Translations under genes and position numbers: made by a program
Notes under the pieces: model-generated
The model's database searches: none
Seen by the model: only the letters and a program-made list of their open reading frames with translations
Told to the model about the DNA's origin: nothing
Part shown: positions 21,847 to 31,841 of the stretch, piece by piece
How the letters are laid out: every line of letters starts with the position of its first letter
Numbering within the stretch: position 1 is the first letter of the stretch
Assembly: GCA_964291675.2 (NCBI GenBank)
Contig: OZ219866.1
Location: forward strand, 928,001 to 992,000
Length of the DNA: 64,000 nucleotides
Reading direction: 5' to 3'
Source of the DNA: Alphaproteobacteria bacterium
GTDB taxonomy: Bacteria > Pseudomonadota > Alphaproteobacteria > MPNO01

Positions 21847-22662
21847 CTAGGCACGCGCCATGTTGTAGGCGGCCAGACGATCCCTGGCCTGATCGACCAG
21901 CGCCAACCCGGCTCTTGCATGATCCGAAGTCAGGTCGGCGGTGTGCCCCTCATACTCGTCGAGCCCGAGAACGCTTGAACGATTGCCCAGCGCCTGCCAC
22001 CATCGCGAGACGTTCGGCCGGAACTCGAACCATATGTCCAGCCACTTGATCATATCCAGCACCTTGATCAGCGGCGCATAACAGCACTCCACGAGCGTAA
22101 ACCGCTCGCCCATGATCCAGGGCCGGTCGTCGGACAGGGTCGCTTCCATTTTGGCGAAAATTCGGTCCCACCCCACGAGCCCGCGCAACACCCACTCCGA
22201 GTCCATGCCATCCTCGATGACCGATTGTTGCCGCAGCGTTTTCTCCAGATCGGGTTGCTTCTTCCACCGGCTCTCCAGCTTCCCGATATCGATCGTCGAG
22301 CGAAAGCGCGTCACGAAATTCAAGGCGGCGACCCCCGGAAACCCCACTTCATCCGAGTCCTTGATCCACTCGCGCATATAGGTCCGCTGGAGAAGGTCCG
22401 CCGGTTTGAGGGCCGGCTCCGGCTTCAACTCGTCGATGTAGTCGCAAATGATCGAGGATTCGCGGACCGGATTGCCGTCGTGAACGAGTGTCGGCACGAC
22501 AGCCTTCGGGTTGATCGCCAGGTAGTTTTCATCGAAATGATCTTCATCGAGCAGATGAATATACCGCGGTGTCCAGTCCTCGATCCCTTTTTCGATGAGC
22601 GTAACGACAGCCCGGTTGGAACATACTGAATCCGCTTCCTTGAGGTAGTAGAGTTCAAGCAC
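21847..22662 (-). CDS. Glutathione S-transferase family protein
   Basis: SVCSNRA, YLAINPKAVVPTLVHDG..VRESSIICDYIDE, WIMGERFTL. Confidence 0.9.
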   Translation of the reverse strand: MLELYYLKEADSVCSNRAVVTLIEKGIEDWTPRYIHLLDEDHFDENYLAINPKAVVPTLVHDGNPVRESSIICDYIDELKPEPALKPADLLQRTYMREWIKDSDEVGFPGVAALNFVTRFRSTIDIGKLESRWKKQPDLEKTLRQQSVIEDGMDSEWVLRGLVGWDRIFAKMEATLSDDRPWIMGERFTLVECCYAPLIKVLDMIKWLDIWFEFRPNVSRWWQALGNRSSVLGLDEYEGHTADLTSDHARAGLALVDQARDRLAAYNMARA

Positions 22663-22722
22663 TTCGATATCTTCCCGCCATCTCCAAAGGGAGCCGCCGG
22701 CATTCTACCGCGAGGGTCGTCC

Positions 22723-22751
22723 TTGACAAGATCGCGCTACTCCGTCGTAAT
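22723..22751 (+). promoter_or_regulatory. Putative sigma70 promoter for the GST-AhpD operon
   Basis: TTGACA-N17-CGTAAT. Confidence 0.45.
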
Positions 22752-22813
22752 GAGTTCCCCGGAGATTTGCTGAAGTCCGAATTCGTTCAGGGTCGTGGAA
22801 CAGGATACGGAAT

Positions 22814-23659
22814 ATGGTCGTTGTCGTTCCTTCCAACGGGTCGGTTCTCGAATTGAGGGGTATTCACCTCTATCACGCCAATCGCTCTAACTGCTCGGCG
22901 CGTGTCCGATTGCTGCTGGAAGAGAAGGAACTCGACTGGACGAGCCATCACATCGATCTCGGAAAGAAGGAAAACATCTCGGAAGATTATTTCGGGATCA
23001 ATCCAAAAGGCGTGGTCCCCGCACTGGTACATGACGGCACGGTAATCACCGAGTCGAACGACATACTGAGCTATCTCGAGGAAAAATTTCCGGAGCCGGG
23101 ATTTCGCGCGGTATCGTCGGATCGACAACCCGAAATCGACCATTGGCTGAAGATGTCCGGCGACCTTCACATACCGGGTATCAAGACCTTTCAATACTAT
23201 AAGCTGAACGCGGCACTCCTGGTGAAGACCGACGAGGAGCTCGCGCTCTACAGGAAGCTGCAGACCGACCCCGAGCTGCTGGCCTTTCACGGTAAACACA
23301 GCGAGGGAAGGAGCTTTTCGAAAGCCGACGCGGATGCGGCGGTTGCCTTGCTCGACGAATACTTCGCGAAACAGGAGCAGGCGATCGCGGACGGCGGCTG
23401 GCTGGTCGGCGCCTCGTACACCCTGGCCGACATCTCCTGGTCGCCGACCATAACGACTCTGTTGGCGGGAGGTTTCGACTTCGGCAAATATCCCAACATC
23501 CAGGAGTGGTATGCGCGCATATCCCGGCGGCCACAGTTCGAAAAGGCCGTCTTCGAATGGCGCAACCAGGCGACCTACGCGGTGACCGATCCGACGATTG
23601 CGGGCGCGGCGAATACCGCCCCATTGTCGAGCAATCGCACGGGAGAAGCGGAAAAATGA
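22814..23659 (+). CDS. Glutathione S-transferase family protein
   Basis: SNCSARVR, INPKGVVPALVHDG..ITESNDI, WLVGASYTLADI. Confidence 0.9.
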   Translation: MVVVVPSNGSVLELRGIHLYHANRSNCSARVRLLLEEKELDWTSHHIDLGKKENISEDYFGINPKGVVPALVHDGTVITESNDILSYLEEKFPEPGFRAVSSDRQPEIDHWLKMSGDLHIPGIKTFQYYKLNAALLVKTDEELALYRKLQTDPELLAFHGKHSEGRSFSKADADAAVALLDEYFAKQEQAIADGGWLVGASYTLADISWSPTITTLLAGGFDFGKYPNIQEWYARISRRPQFEKAVFEWRNQATYAVTDPTIAGAANTAPLSSNRTGEAEK

Positions 23660-24762
23660 CCCTCTACGCAGACTCGCAATACCCGGTACGGGAGGATCTC
23701 GAAGCCGTTCATGCCGAACAGTTGGATCGGTTGGCCGACCCCGGCACCTGGGGTACCGGCGCGCTGCGCCTGGCGGTCGCCGGAGAGGTTCGCCAGGCGT
23801 GTTATGACGCGGGTATACAGGAAGAACCGGAAGACGGCGGCCCGCCGAGCCATGCCGAGCTGCCGGAGCCGGTTTGCGCGACGATCCGGAAATTGGCCGT
23901 CGCGCCCAAGGACTTCGTCGAGGACTCTTACGAGGAGGCCAGGAGCGGCGGTCTGAGCGACGAGGAATTTGTCGAGCTTGTCGGCATCGTATCGCGCCTG
24001 ACCGACATGGATGTGTTCGCCCGCGGCATCGGCGTTCCTCTACGTCCCCTGCCGGCCGCGCGCGAGGGCCGGCCGTCGCGGGCCCGCCCCCGGGTGGCCA
24101 GGAAGGAAATGGCCTGGGTGCCGACCGTGCCGAATCTCCCGGAGGGCGGCGAGGAGGCTGCCGAGATTTACGGCGAGGACTATCGACCCTACATCATCCG
24201 TTCGCTCAGCCTGGTGCCGGATGAAATGCGGCGCCATCTTGAGCTGGAAGAAGTTCAGTACCTTCCGATGAAGAGCGTTTTTATCAAGGATTTTCAGCAT
24301 CACGAGGGGTTCACCCGCGCTCAGGTCGAGCTCATTGCGGGCCGGGTATCCGCCCTCAACGAGTGCTTCTACTGAACGGCGGGCCATGCCTGGTTCCTCC
24401 GTGAGAGTGGACGCGAGACCGGCCTCAACGTTAATCTGGGAGCGCTGCTCGACCCGGGTCAGGACAGCGGGGTACCCGGCGGCAGGGAAATCCTGGCCTT
24501 CGCCGACGCCGTCATCGGACCCGACCGGGCCGCGCTGGACCGGGCGCGGCAGACTCTCGCCGACGCGGTAGGGGCGGCGGCGGTGCCGGCGGCGGCGGCC
24601 ATTGCCGCGACCTTCACCAAGAACGATCGCATCGCCAATGGCGTCGGCATCCCCTCCGAGCTGAGGATGTTGCGGAATTCCAGAGAGATCCGGGCGGAGC
24701 TCGGGATAAACGACTTCCGGTCGTCGGCGAGCACGTTCAGGCACTACCCCGACGAGCGATAG
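23656..24762 (+). CDS. AhpD-like alkylhydroperoxidase-related selenoprotein, 368 aa with Sec at codon 240 (TGA 24373-24375)
   Basis: ...QVELIAGRVSALNECFY-TGA-TAGHAWFLRES...; the frame stays open for 128 further codons with AhpD-like content to TAG at 24760-24762; ATGA overlap with the GST stop. Confidence 0.82.
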
Positions 24763-24790
24763 GCGGCCACCGGGAGGCCGGCGCCGGGTT

Positions 24791-25369
24791 CTACCTGTCG
24801 ATATAGCCGAGCGTGATCGGGTGCCCCTTGCGCTGTTCTTCCGTGGCCCCGGTGTGTTTGCCGGACCTCCAGCCGACGGGGCGCAGCACGCGCTCGGCGA
24901 AGTCGATCGATTCCTGGTCGGTGACCGTTGCGATGGTGTCGTTCCAGCGGTTCAGGAAGCCGCCGACCGCGATCACCGCCAATATCTCGATGATCTGATC
25001 GTTCGAGTAGTGCTTGCGCAGCTCGACATAGTTCTCCGGCTCGACGGCGTTCGGCGAGACGCCCGCCGCGAAGGCCAGATCGAGGGCCGCCCGCTCGGCA
25101 TCGGAAAATTCGGGAGAGGTTCGATAGCTCCAGAGCGCCTGGATTCTTTCGTCCGCGACCCCGAGCTTGTGCAGATGATAGGAGCCATGCGACTGACAAT
25201 GCAGGCATCCGCTCGCCAGGCTCGCGGCCGTGAAGATCAGCTGCTTGAGCTCCCCGTCGATGCCGCGGCCCGGAAAGACGAGTTTCAGGAGATCGTTCAC
25301 CTTCTGCCGCAACTCAGGCCAATGGTGCATCTCGAGGTCTTGCCGGCTTTCATATCCTGGCGCTGCCAT
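24791..25369 (-). CDS. Carboxymuconolactone decarboxylase/AhpD family protein (CxxC)
   Basis: ELKQLIFTAASLASGCLHCQSHG, FSDAERAAL, FLNRWND. Confidence 0.88.
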   Translation of the reverse strand: MAAPGYESRQDLEMHHWPELRQKVNDLLKLVFPGRGIDGELKQLIFTAASLASGCLHCQSHGSYHLHKLGVADERIQALWSYRTSPEFSDAERAALDLAFAAGVSPNAVEPENYVELRKHYSNDQIIEILAVIAVGGFLNRWNDTIATVTDQESIDFAERVLRPVGWRSGKHTGATEEQRKGHPITLGYIDR

Positions 25370-25631
25370 AAGCTTCCTCCCGGGCCAATCGTCGGCGCAG
25401 AGTCCGGTGTAGCGATCGGGTCGTATATTGCAATGCGTTCATCGGTTGCGTCAGAGGGATAACCGGCGAGCGGGTCGGCGGTGGCGATCGCCATACGGAC
25501 GGAATTGCTGGAACCGCGATTGCGCACGGCCCGGTCCCCCGCACCCTGCGCGAGCCCTCGGCCGAAGCGGGGACGCGTCTTGGGGTAGGTTTGCCACCCG
25601 CGCCGGCGTGGCTGCCGGGGCGTCCGGCGGC

Positions 25632-25856
25632 TCAGCCGATGCCGAGCCCCTTGAACCGCTTGTTGAATTTCGCGACCTGACCGCCGGTGTCGACCAGGCG
25701 CTGCTGCCCGCCGGTCCAGGCCGGGTGGGTCTTCGGGTCGACGTCGAGCTTGACCGTGTCGCCGGCCTTGCCGTAGGTCGACCGGGTCGTGTAGGTCGTG
25801 CCATCGGTCATCACCACGTTGATCTCGTGGTAGTCCGGGTGGATGTCCTTCTTCAT
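25632..25856 (-). CDS. rpmE: 50S ribosomal protein L31 (Cys-less type)
   Basis: [10 protein letters not shown]...[25 protein letters not shown]. Confidence 0.97.
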   Translation of the reverse strand: MKKDIHPDYHEINVVMTDGTTYTTRSTYGKAGDTVKLDVDPKTHPAWTGGQQRLVDTGGQVAKFNKRFKGLGIG

Positions 25857-25882
25857 CGTCGCGTCTCCGGCGGGGCCGCGGG

Positions 25883-25911
25883 TGTATATCGGAAGGTGTT
25901 GCGGTTGACAA
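25883..25911 (-). promoter_or_regulatory. Putative sigma70 promoter of rpmE
   Basis: Minus strand TTGTCA-N17-TATACA. Confidence 0.5.
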
Positions 25912-25929
25912 GCCTCGGGGATCCCCGCC

Positions 25930-27732
25930 TTGCGTGACGGCGACAGGCCGGGCGAGCCCGCCCGCGGCGACATAGGCAGCCTGCGCGCGCTGATCCCGTG
26001 GCTCGCGCCCTACCGCTTGCGGATAGCCGGCGCCGGGGCGGCGCTGACCGTCGCCGCCGGGTCGGTGCTGGTGCTCGGCCAAGGGCTGCGCGGGCTGATC
26101 GACCAGGGCTTCGGCGCGGGCGACGGGGCGCTGCTCGACCGGGCGCTGGCCGGGCTGTTCGTCGTCATCGCGCTGCTCGCGCTGGCCACGTTCGGGCGGT
26201 TCTACCTGGTCGCCTGGATCGGCGAGCGCGTGGTCGCCGATCTCAGGCGCGCGGTGTTCGAGCGGATGCTCGCGCTCAGCCCGTCCTTCTTCGAATCCGC
26301 GCGGGTCGGCGAGGTGCTGTCCAGGCTCACCACCGATACCACGGCTCTCCAGGTGGTGGTCGGCTCGACGGTCTCGGTGGCGCTCAGGAACGTGCTGCTG
26401 TTTCTCGGCGGCACGGTGCTGCTCTTCGTCACCAGCCCGCGGCTCGCCGCGCTGGTGTTCCTCATCGTGCCCGTCGTGGTGCTGCCCATCGTGGTGTTCG
26501 GCCGCCGGGTGCGCCGCCTGTCGCGCGAGAGCCAGGACCGCGTCGCCGACATCTCGGCGCATGGCGAGGAGACGCTGAACGCGATCCGCACCGTCCAGGC
26601 GTTCGGCCACGAGCCGGTCGACGGGCGCCGCTTCGCCACCCGCGTGGATCGCGCGCTGGCCACCGCGCTCCGGCGCAACATGGCGCGCGGGCTGCTGACC
26701 GCCTTCGTCATCGTCACCGTGTTCAGCGCCGTGGGCGTGATCCTGTGGATCGGCGGGCACGACGTGATGGACGGGCGGATCTCGCCCGGCGAGCTCTCCG
26801 CCTTCGTGTTCTACGCCGTGGTGGTCGCGGGCTCGGTCGGCGCGGTCAGCGAGGTGATCGGCGATCTGCAGCGCGCCGGCGGCGCGACCGAACGCCTGCT
26901 CGAGCTGATGCGGATCGAGTCCGAGATCGCGGCGCCGCCCGCGCCCGCCAAGCTGCCCGACCCGCCGGGCGGCGCCATCGCCTTCGAGGCGGTCCGCTTC
27001 CACTACCCCTCGCGCCCCGACGACGCCGCGCTCGATGGCGTGAGCTTCGACATCGCGCCCGGCGAGCGGGTCGCCCTGGTGGGCCCGTCGGGCGCCGGCA
27101 AGTCGACCGTGTTCGAGCTCTTGCTCCGGTTCTACGACCCGGCGGCGGGGCGGGTGCGGTTCGACGGCGTCGACCTCTGCGACGCCGACCCGGCGGCGCT
27201 GCGCGCGCGCATCGGGCTGGTGGCGCAGGAGCCTTTCGTGTTCTCGGCCGATGCCTGGGACAACATCCGCTACGGCCGGCCCGGCGCCACCGACGCGGAG
27301 GTGCGGGACGCCGCCGAGGCCGCCGCCGCCGCCCAGTTCCTCGACGCCCTGCCGCAAGGCTTCGACACCTTCCTCGGCGAGAAGGGGGTGCGCCTCTCGG
27401 GCGGGCAGCGCCAGCGCATCGCCATCGCCCGCGCGCTCTTGCGCGACCCGGCGCTGCTGCTGCTCGACGAGGCGACGAGCGCGCTCGACTCCGAGAGCGA
27501 GCGCGTCGTGCAGGACGCGCTCGACCGGCTGATGGCGGGGCGCACCACGCTGGTGATCGCGCACCGGCTCGCCACGGTGCAGGCGGCCGACCGGATCATC
27601 GTCCTCGACCGCGGGCGGATCGACGCGATCGGTGCCCATGAGGAGCTGGTCCGCAACAGCGCGCTCTACGCCAGGCTCGCCGCGCTCCAGTTCGGCGAGG
27701 CGGCGGAGGAGGTCCGCCTCAGCGCCGGGTGA
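25930..27732 (+). CDS. ABC exporter, fused permease/ATPase (MsbA-related)
   Basis: Hydrophobic N-terminal half; [32 protein letters not shown]. Confidence 0.93.
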   Translation: MRDGDRPGEPARGDIGSLRALIPWLAPYRLRIAGAGAALTVAAGSVLVLGQGLRGLIDQGFGAGDGALLDRALAGLFVVIALLALATFGRFYLVAWIGERVVADLRRAVFERMLALSPSFFESARVGEVLSRLTTDTTALQVVVGSTVSVALRNVLLFLGGTVLLFVTSPRLAALVFLIVPVVVLPIVVFGRRVRRLSRESQDRVADISAHGEETLNAIRTVQAFGHEPVDGRRFATRVDRALATALRRNMARGLLTAFVIVTVFSAVGVILWIGGHDVMDGRISPGELSAFVFYAVVVAGSVGAVSEVIGDLQRAGGATERLLELMRIESEIAAPPAPAKLPDPPGGAIAFEAVRFHYPSRPDDAALDGVSFDIAPGERVALVGPSGAGKSTVFELLLRFYDPAAGRVRFDGVDLCDADPAALRARIGLVAQEPFVFSADAWDNIRYGRPGATDAEVRDAAEAAAAAQFLDALPQGFDTFLGEKGVRLSGGQRQRIAIARALLRDPALLLLDEATSALDSESERVVQDALDRLMAGRTTLVIAHRLATVQAADRIIVLDRGRIDAIGAHEELVRNSALYARLAALQFGEAAEEVRLSAG

Positions 27733-27760
27733 GCTTGAACTCGACGCGGCGGTTGCGGCG
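27714..27760 (+). repeat. 47-bp direct repeat, copy 1
   Basis: 45/47 identical to 29175..29221. Confidence 0.9.
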
Positions 27761-27926
27761 ACGCGTCACAAGTCTTCTCGGATTGGGTTATGAAGTCCTC
27801 CGAGCGATTGTCATCTGGTGCTTCTTTGAGCGACAGGGGGTCCGATATCTCGCTCCCCTGATTCGGCATTTGCGGTTGTCTTCTTGAAAAGTGTATCGTA
27901 CGTGCCGCAAAACGGAGTGAACTTGG

Positions 27927-28577
27927 GTGGACCAAGCAGAGACCAAGATCCACGCCGCGTTCAGCGAGGACCAAGTCGAACGGCTGACCGGCATCTCTAA
28001 GAGACAGCTCCGGTATTGGGATCGGACGGGCTTCTTCAAGCCCCAGTTCGCCGAAGAAAATAGGCGTGTAGCCTTTAGTAGAGTCTATTCGTTCACGGAC
28101 GTAGTTTCTCTGCGCGTTCTCAACGTCCTGAGGAACCAGTATACCGTTCCCCTGCAACATCTCCGTCAAGTCGCCGAAGCGCTTCCCCAAATGTCCGAAG
28201 CGAAGTGGGGCTGCACCCAGCTTTTCGTATTTGGTCGAAGGGTCGTGTTTGCTGAGCCCGGGACGGTTGATTATTGGGAAATCGTGAGCAAGCAGTATGT
28301 TATCCCCATTGCACTTCAAAGCGTCGTCAAAGACACGCGGCGCGATATCGAAGCACTAAAGGAACGAAATGAAAATACGGTCGGCAGAATAACGAGGGCC
28401 CGGAACGTCTGTCACAATGCCTGGGTGATCGCAGGCACAAGAATACCAGTAGCCGCCATACAAAGATTTTCCAGTGCGGGCTACTCAGTTCAAGAAATAA
28501 AAGAAGAATATCCGAGCCTGACCGACGCAGACATTGAATCTGCTATTCAGCATAAGGGCGACGGTATTGCCGCGTGA
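27927..28577 (+). CDS. MerR-like HTH + DUF433 antitoxin
   Basis: VERLTGISKRQLRYWDRTGFFKP, YSFTDV; C-terminal IAGTRIPV..GYSVQEIKEEYPSLTDADIESA. Confidence 0.88.
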   Translation: MDQAETKIHAAFSEDQVERLTGISKRQLRYWDRTGFFKPQFAEENRRVAFSRVYSFTDVVSLRVLNVLRNQYTVPLQHLRQVAEALPQMSEAKWGCTQLFVFGRRVVFAEPGTVDYWEIVSKQYVIPIALQSVVKDTRRDIEALKERNENTVGRITRARNVCHNAWVIAGTRIPVAAIQRFSSAGYSVQEIKEEYPSLTDADIESAIQHKGDGIAA

Positions 28578-28975
28578 CATCTCCGATGCCGGGGTTAAAG
28601 GTCTTCCTTGATGAAGGTGTGCCGGTATCCGTAGGTCGCTGCTTTGAAGAGCATGGACACACTGTAATTTATTTCGAAGATGCGGCCGTTCCCGGGTCGC
28701 CCGATCCCTTGGTCGCTACGGTGGCAACAACAAACGATGCGGTCTTGGTTGCCATTGATGGCGACATGAGAAAGATCGCCCGAGAACGGGGAATTGGCCA
28801 GAACCGCTATAAGAGGCTGAGTTTAATCAAGCTGTCTTGTCCAGAGACGGAGGCAGTAAACCGACTCGAACAAGCGATGTCTCTTATCGAGCATGAATGG
28901 TCACTGGAAAAAGACCGTTCAAAACGAAGAATATTTATAGAAATCGGCAAGACGTACATTCGGACTGTCAGGTAA
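28574..28975 (+). CDS. PIN-like toxin (DUF5615/VapC45-like)
   Basis: KVFLDEGVP, GSPDPLV, VLVAIDGD; GTGA overlap with the antitoxin stop. Confidence 0.82.
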   Translation: MTSPMPGLKVFLDEGVPVSVGRCFEEHGHTVIYFEDAAVPGSPDPLVATVATTNDAVLVAIDGDMRKIARERGIGQNRYKRLSLIKLSCPETEAVNRLEQAMSLIEHEWSLEKDRSKRRIFIEIGKTYIRTVR

Positions 28976-29174
28976 CCGCGTCAAGGGGATAACACCGAAA
29001 ATTCATTAAGGACGCTCCCGCAGCACTCCAGTCGCGGCGGTATCGGCCGGCTCGCAAGTGTCGGTCGGCGGCGAGCCGAAGGGACCGAAGCCGCTTTCCT
29101 GTCGTCGAGCGAACGATTCGGGACATCGTGTCGATCGTGTCTCCGCTGCGCCCGGCAGTGGCGTAGCCCGCGCC

Positions 29175-29221
29175 CCGCCTCAGCGCTGGGTGAGCTTGAA
29201 CTCGATGCGGCGGTTGCGGCG
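29175..29221 (+). repeat. 47-bp direct repeat, copy 2 (3' end of the MotB/OmpA-like gene)
   Basis: 45/47 identical to 27714..27760. Confidence 0.9.
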
Positions 29222-30604
29222 GAAGGCGGCGATGGTGTTGTCCGGGTCGATCGGCTGGAACTCGCCGAACCCGGTGGCGGCGAGCCGGGTGGCGGGAACG
29301 CCCCGGTCGATCAGGTATTTCACCACCGCTACCGCGCGCCCGGTCGAGAGCTCCCAGTTCGACGGGTAGGCCGGGGTGGAGATCGGTATCCGGTCGGTGT
29401 GGCCGTCCACCCGGAGCACCCAGTTTATGTCGGTCGGGATCTTCGCCGAGATCTCCTTGACGGTCTCGGCCAGCTTGTCGATCTGGGTGCGCCCGCCGGG
29501 CTGCAGCGTCGCCTGGCCGGAGGGGAACAGCACCTCCGACTGGAAGACGAAGCGGTCGCCGACGATGCGCACGTCGCTGCGGTCGCCGAGCGCCTGCCTG
29601 AGCCGGCCGAAGAACTCGGAGCGGAAGCTCGCGAGCTCCTGCACCTTGCTGGCGAGCGCGGCGTTTAGCCGCTGCGACAGGTTGACGATCTGGATGCCCT
29701 TCTCCTCGGCCTCGCGCTCGGAGGCTTCGAGCGCCGCCTCGATGCGCGCGAGCTGCTGGCGCAGCGCGGCGATCTGGAGGTTGAGAAGCCGCACCTGCTC
29801 CTGCGCCTGCCGCGAGACCGCCTGCTCCGCGCTGAGCGCCTCCTCGCCCTGCGATACCCGCGCGCCGAGGTCGCGCAGCCGCACGTCGCGCGCCTCGATC
29901 TCGCGCTGGGCCAGCCGGGTCCGTTCCTCGGCCGAGGCGAGCTCGGCGACGAGCTCCTTGGAGCGGTCGCGCAGCGCGCCGGCCTCCCGCGTCCGCTCCT
30001 CCAGCGAGCGCTTGAGCCCGGCGACCTCCTGCGACTGGGCCCTGAGCGTGTCGTCGAGCTCGCCGACCCGCTTCTCCAGCGCGTCGCGGACTTCGCGCAA
30101 GGCGGCGATGTCGCGCTCCAGGCTGACGATGTTGCGCAGTTGAAGCTCGATCTTCTCGCGGTCCGCGCCGATCGTCTTGTAGGCGTCCTCCAGCTCGGCG
30201 GCGGTCTTCTCGGAGGTCGCCTTGAGCGCGTCGCGCTCGGCGGAGAGCGCCGCGACCTCGTCGCTCAGCCGGTCGCGCTCGGGCAGCAGCGAAGCGAGCT
30301 GGCTCGACAGCCTGTCGCGCTCGGCGGTCAGCGTGCCGAGATCGACGGTGAGCTGCGCCAGCCTGCCCTCCAGCTCGGACTTCTCCGCCTGTTCGAGGGA
30401 CAGCATCTCCGTGAGCTGGGCGATCTGCCGGTTGAGCCGGTCGAGCGCCCGGTCGCGCCCGCTCAGCACCTCGCTCAGGAAGTACTGCGCCAGGGTAAAC
30501 ACCATCAGCAGAAAGATGACGATGATCAGCAATGCCGCCAGCGCGTCGACGAAGCCGGGCCAGATGTCGGCCCCCGAATGCTGCCTGGTCCTGCCGACGG
30601 CCAT
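29180..30604 (-). CDS. MotB/OmpA-family peptidoglycan-binding membrane protein with a long coiled coil
   Basis: N-terminal TM segment WPGFVDALAALL carrying the conserved Asp, long heptad region, C-terminal DGHTD..NWELSTGRA..NRRIE. Confidence 0.9.
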   Translation of the reverse strand: MAVGRTRQHSGADIWPGFVDALAALLIIVIFLLMVFTLAQYFLSEVLSGRDRALDRLNRQIAQLTEMLSLEQAEKSELEGRLAQLTVDLGTLTAERDRLSSQLASLLPERDRLSDEVAALSAERDALKATSEKTAAELEDAYKTIGADREKIELQLRNIVSLERDIAALREVRDALEKRVGELDDTLRAQSQEVAGLKRSLEERTREAGALRDRSKELVAELASAEERTRLAQREIEARDVRLRDLGARVSQGEEALSAEQAVSRQAQEQVRLLNLQIAALRQQLARIEAALEASEREAEEKGIQIVNLSQRLNAALASKVQELASFRSEFFGRLRQALGDRSDVRIVGDRFVFQSEVLFPSGQATLQPGGRTQIDKLAETVKEISAKIPTDINWVLRVDGHTDRIPISTPAYPSNWELSTGRAVAVVKYLIDRGVPATRLAATGFGEFQPIDPDNTIAAFRRNRRIEFKLTQR

Positions 30605-30613
30605 CTTGCCGGC

Positions 30614-31750
30614 CTAGTCCGTCTCTTTTCGCCCGGTCGCCGCTATGGTGCGCGACAGCACGCGGATCTCGTTCCTGATCTCCTGCACCATCTCGCTGCG
30701 CCCGGCCGAGAGCTGCTCGATGAGCCGGGCCACGTGGACGTCGATGTTGCGCATGTGCTGCTGCACGTTGTCGTCGAAGCCGCCGCCCGGCCGCGCCTCG
30801 GCCAGCCGGGCCAGGATCGGGCGCAGCTCGAGCTGGGTCTCCGCGATCTGGGTCATCAGCGCCTGCTCGGCGCGCATCTGGTCGGTGAGCGCCGACAGGT
30901 TCTCGGCCAGCAGCGAGATCGACTGGTTCGACGAGATCCGGCTCTCCTCGCCGCGCTCCATGGTGCGTTGCAGGTTCTCCAGGCTGTCGGCGGTCTGCTC
31001 CAGCAGGGCCTGGACATAGGCGGGGACCGCCTGGTCCTGGTCGATCCCTGCCCCGCCGCCCGACAGCCGGGTCTGGCCGGCCAGCCAGTCCTCCAGATCG
31101 TTGAAAAAGCGGTTCTGCGCCTGGCTCGCCTGGAGCTCGAGAAAGCCCAGCACCAGCGAGCCGGCGAGGCCGAACAGCGAGGACGAAAACGCCGTTCCCA
31201 TGCCGGTGAGCGGCGCCTGGAGCCCGGTCTTGAGGTCCTGGAACACCGCATCCAGCTCGCCCCCGCTGACGCTGAGGCCGCCGATCACGCCGCCCACCGC
31301 GTGGATGGTCTGGAGCAGCCCCCAGAAGGTCCCCAGCAGGCCGAGGAAGATCAGCAGCCCGATCATGTAGCGCGCGATGTCGCGCTGTTCGTCGAGGCGC
31401 GCCGCGATGCCGTCGAGCAGCGATCTGAGCGCCAGCGCCGAGAGCCGGAAGCGGCGGGTCTGCTCGCCGAGGATCGCCGCCAGCGGGGCGAGCAGGCGGG
31501 GTGCCGCCTGGACCGATATGCCGGGCCGTCCGGTGCGGACGTTGACGATCCAGTTGACCTCGCGCCTGAGCGTCATCACCTGGCGGAAGCTGTAGGCGAT
31601 GCCGAGCACCAGAACGCCGATAATCAGCCCGTTGAGGGCGGGGTTGGCATGGAACGCCCGCAGCAAGGGCTCGTACAACGCGCCCGCCACCGCGATCACG
31701 GCGAGCAGGAACAGGACCATCCTGGTCAGGTAGTTTCGCGGGCTGGTCAT
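30614..31750 (-). CDS. MotA/TolQ/ExbB-like membrane protein
   Basis: GLLIFLGLLGTFWGL and GMGTAFSSSLFGL TM motifs, coiled-coil C-terminus; ATG at 31750. Confidence 0.88.
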   Translation of the reverse strand: MTSPRNYLTRMVLFLLAVIAVAGALYEPLLRAFHANPALNGLIIGVLVLGIAYSFRQVMTLRREVNWIVNVRTGRPGISVQAAPRLLAPLAAILGEQTRRFRLSALALRSLLDGIAARLDEQRDIARYMIGLLIFLGLLGTFWGLLQTIHAVGGVIGGLSVSGGELDAVFQDLKTGLQAPLTGMGTAFSSSLFGLAGSLVLGFLELQASQAQNRFFNDLEDWLAGQTRLSGGGAGIDQDQAVPAYVQALLEQTADSLENLQRTMERGEESRISSNQSISLLAENLSALTDQMRAEQALMTQIAETQLELRPILARLAEARPGGGFDDNVQQHMRNIDVHVARLIEQLSAGRSEMVQEIRNEIRVLSRTIAATGRKETD

Positions 31751-31841
31751 GTCGCGCGGTTTCTCGGCATCCGGCCGCAACCCGTGCCTGGTTCGTCCGG
31801 CCGGCTGTGCCTGCCGGCCGAATCAGCCGATTTTAGGCGCC

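Noticed and set aside
21735-21920. Short minus-strand ORF ending RYGDAIDVLPAI
   Set aside because: It overlaps the GST 3' end and has no recognisable motif; possibly debris but unsupported.
28980-28996. GTCAAGGGGATAACACC after the PIN toxin, reminiscent of an IS terminal repeat
   Set aside because: No matching inverted partner or transposase found in the cassette; the resemblance is from memory only.
29180-31750. Zorya (ZorAB) anti-phage system
   Set aside because: No zorC/D/E-type genes adjacent, backbone-like composition, and the pair is embedded in the efp-suhB housekeeping run.
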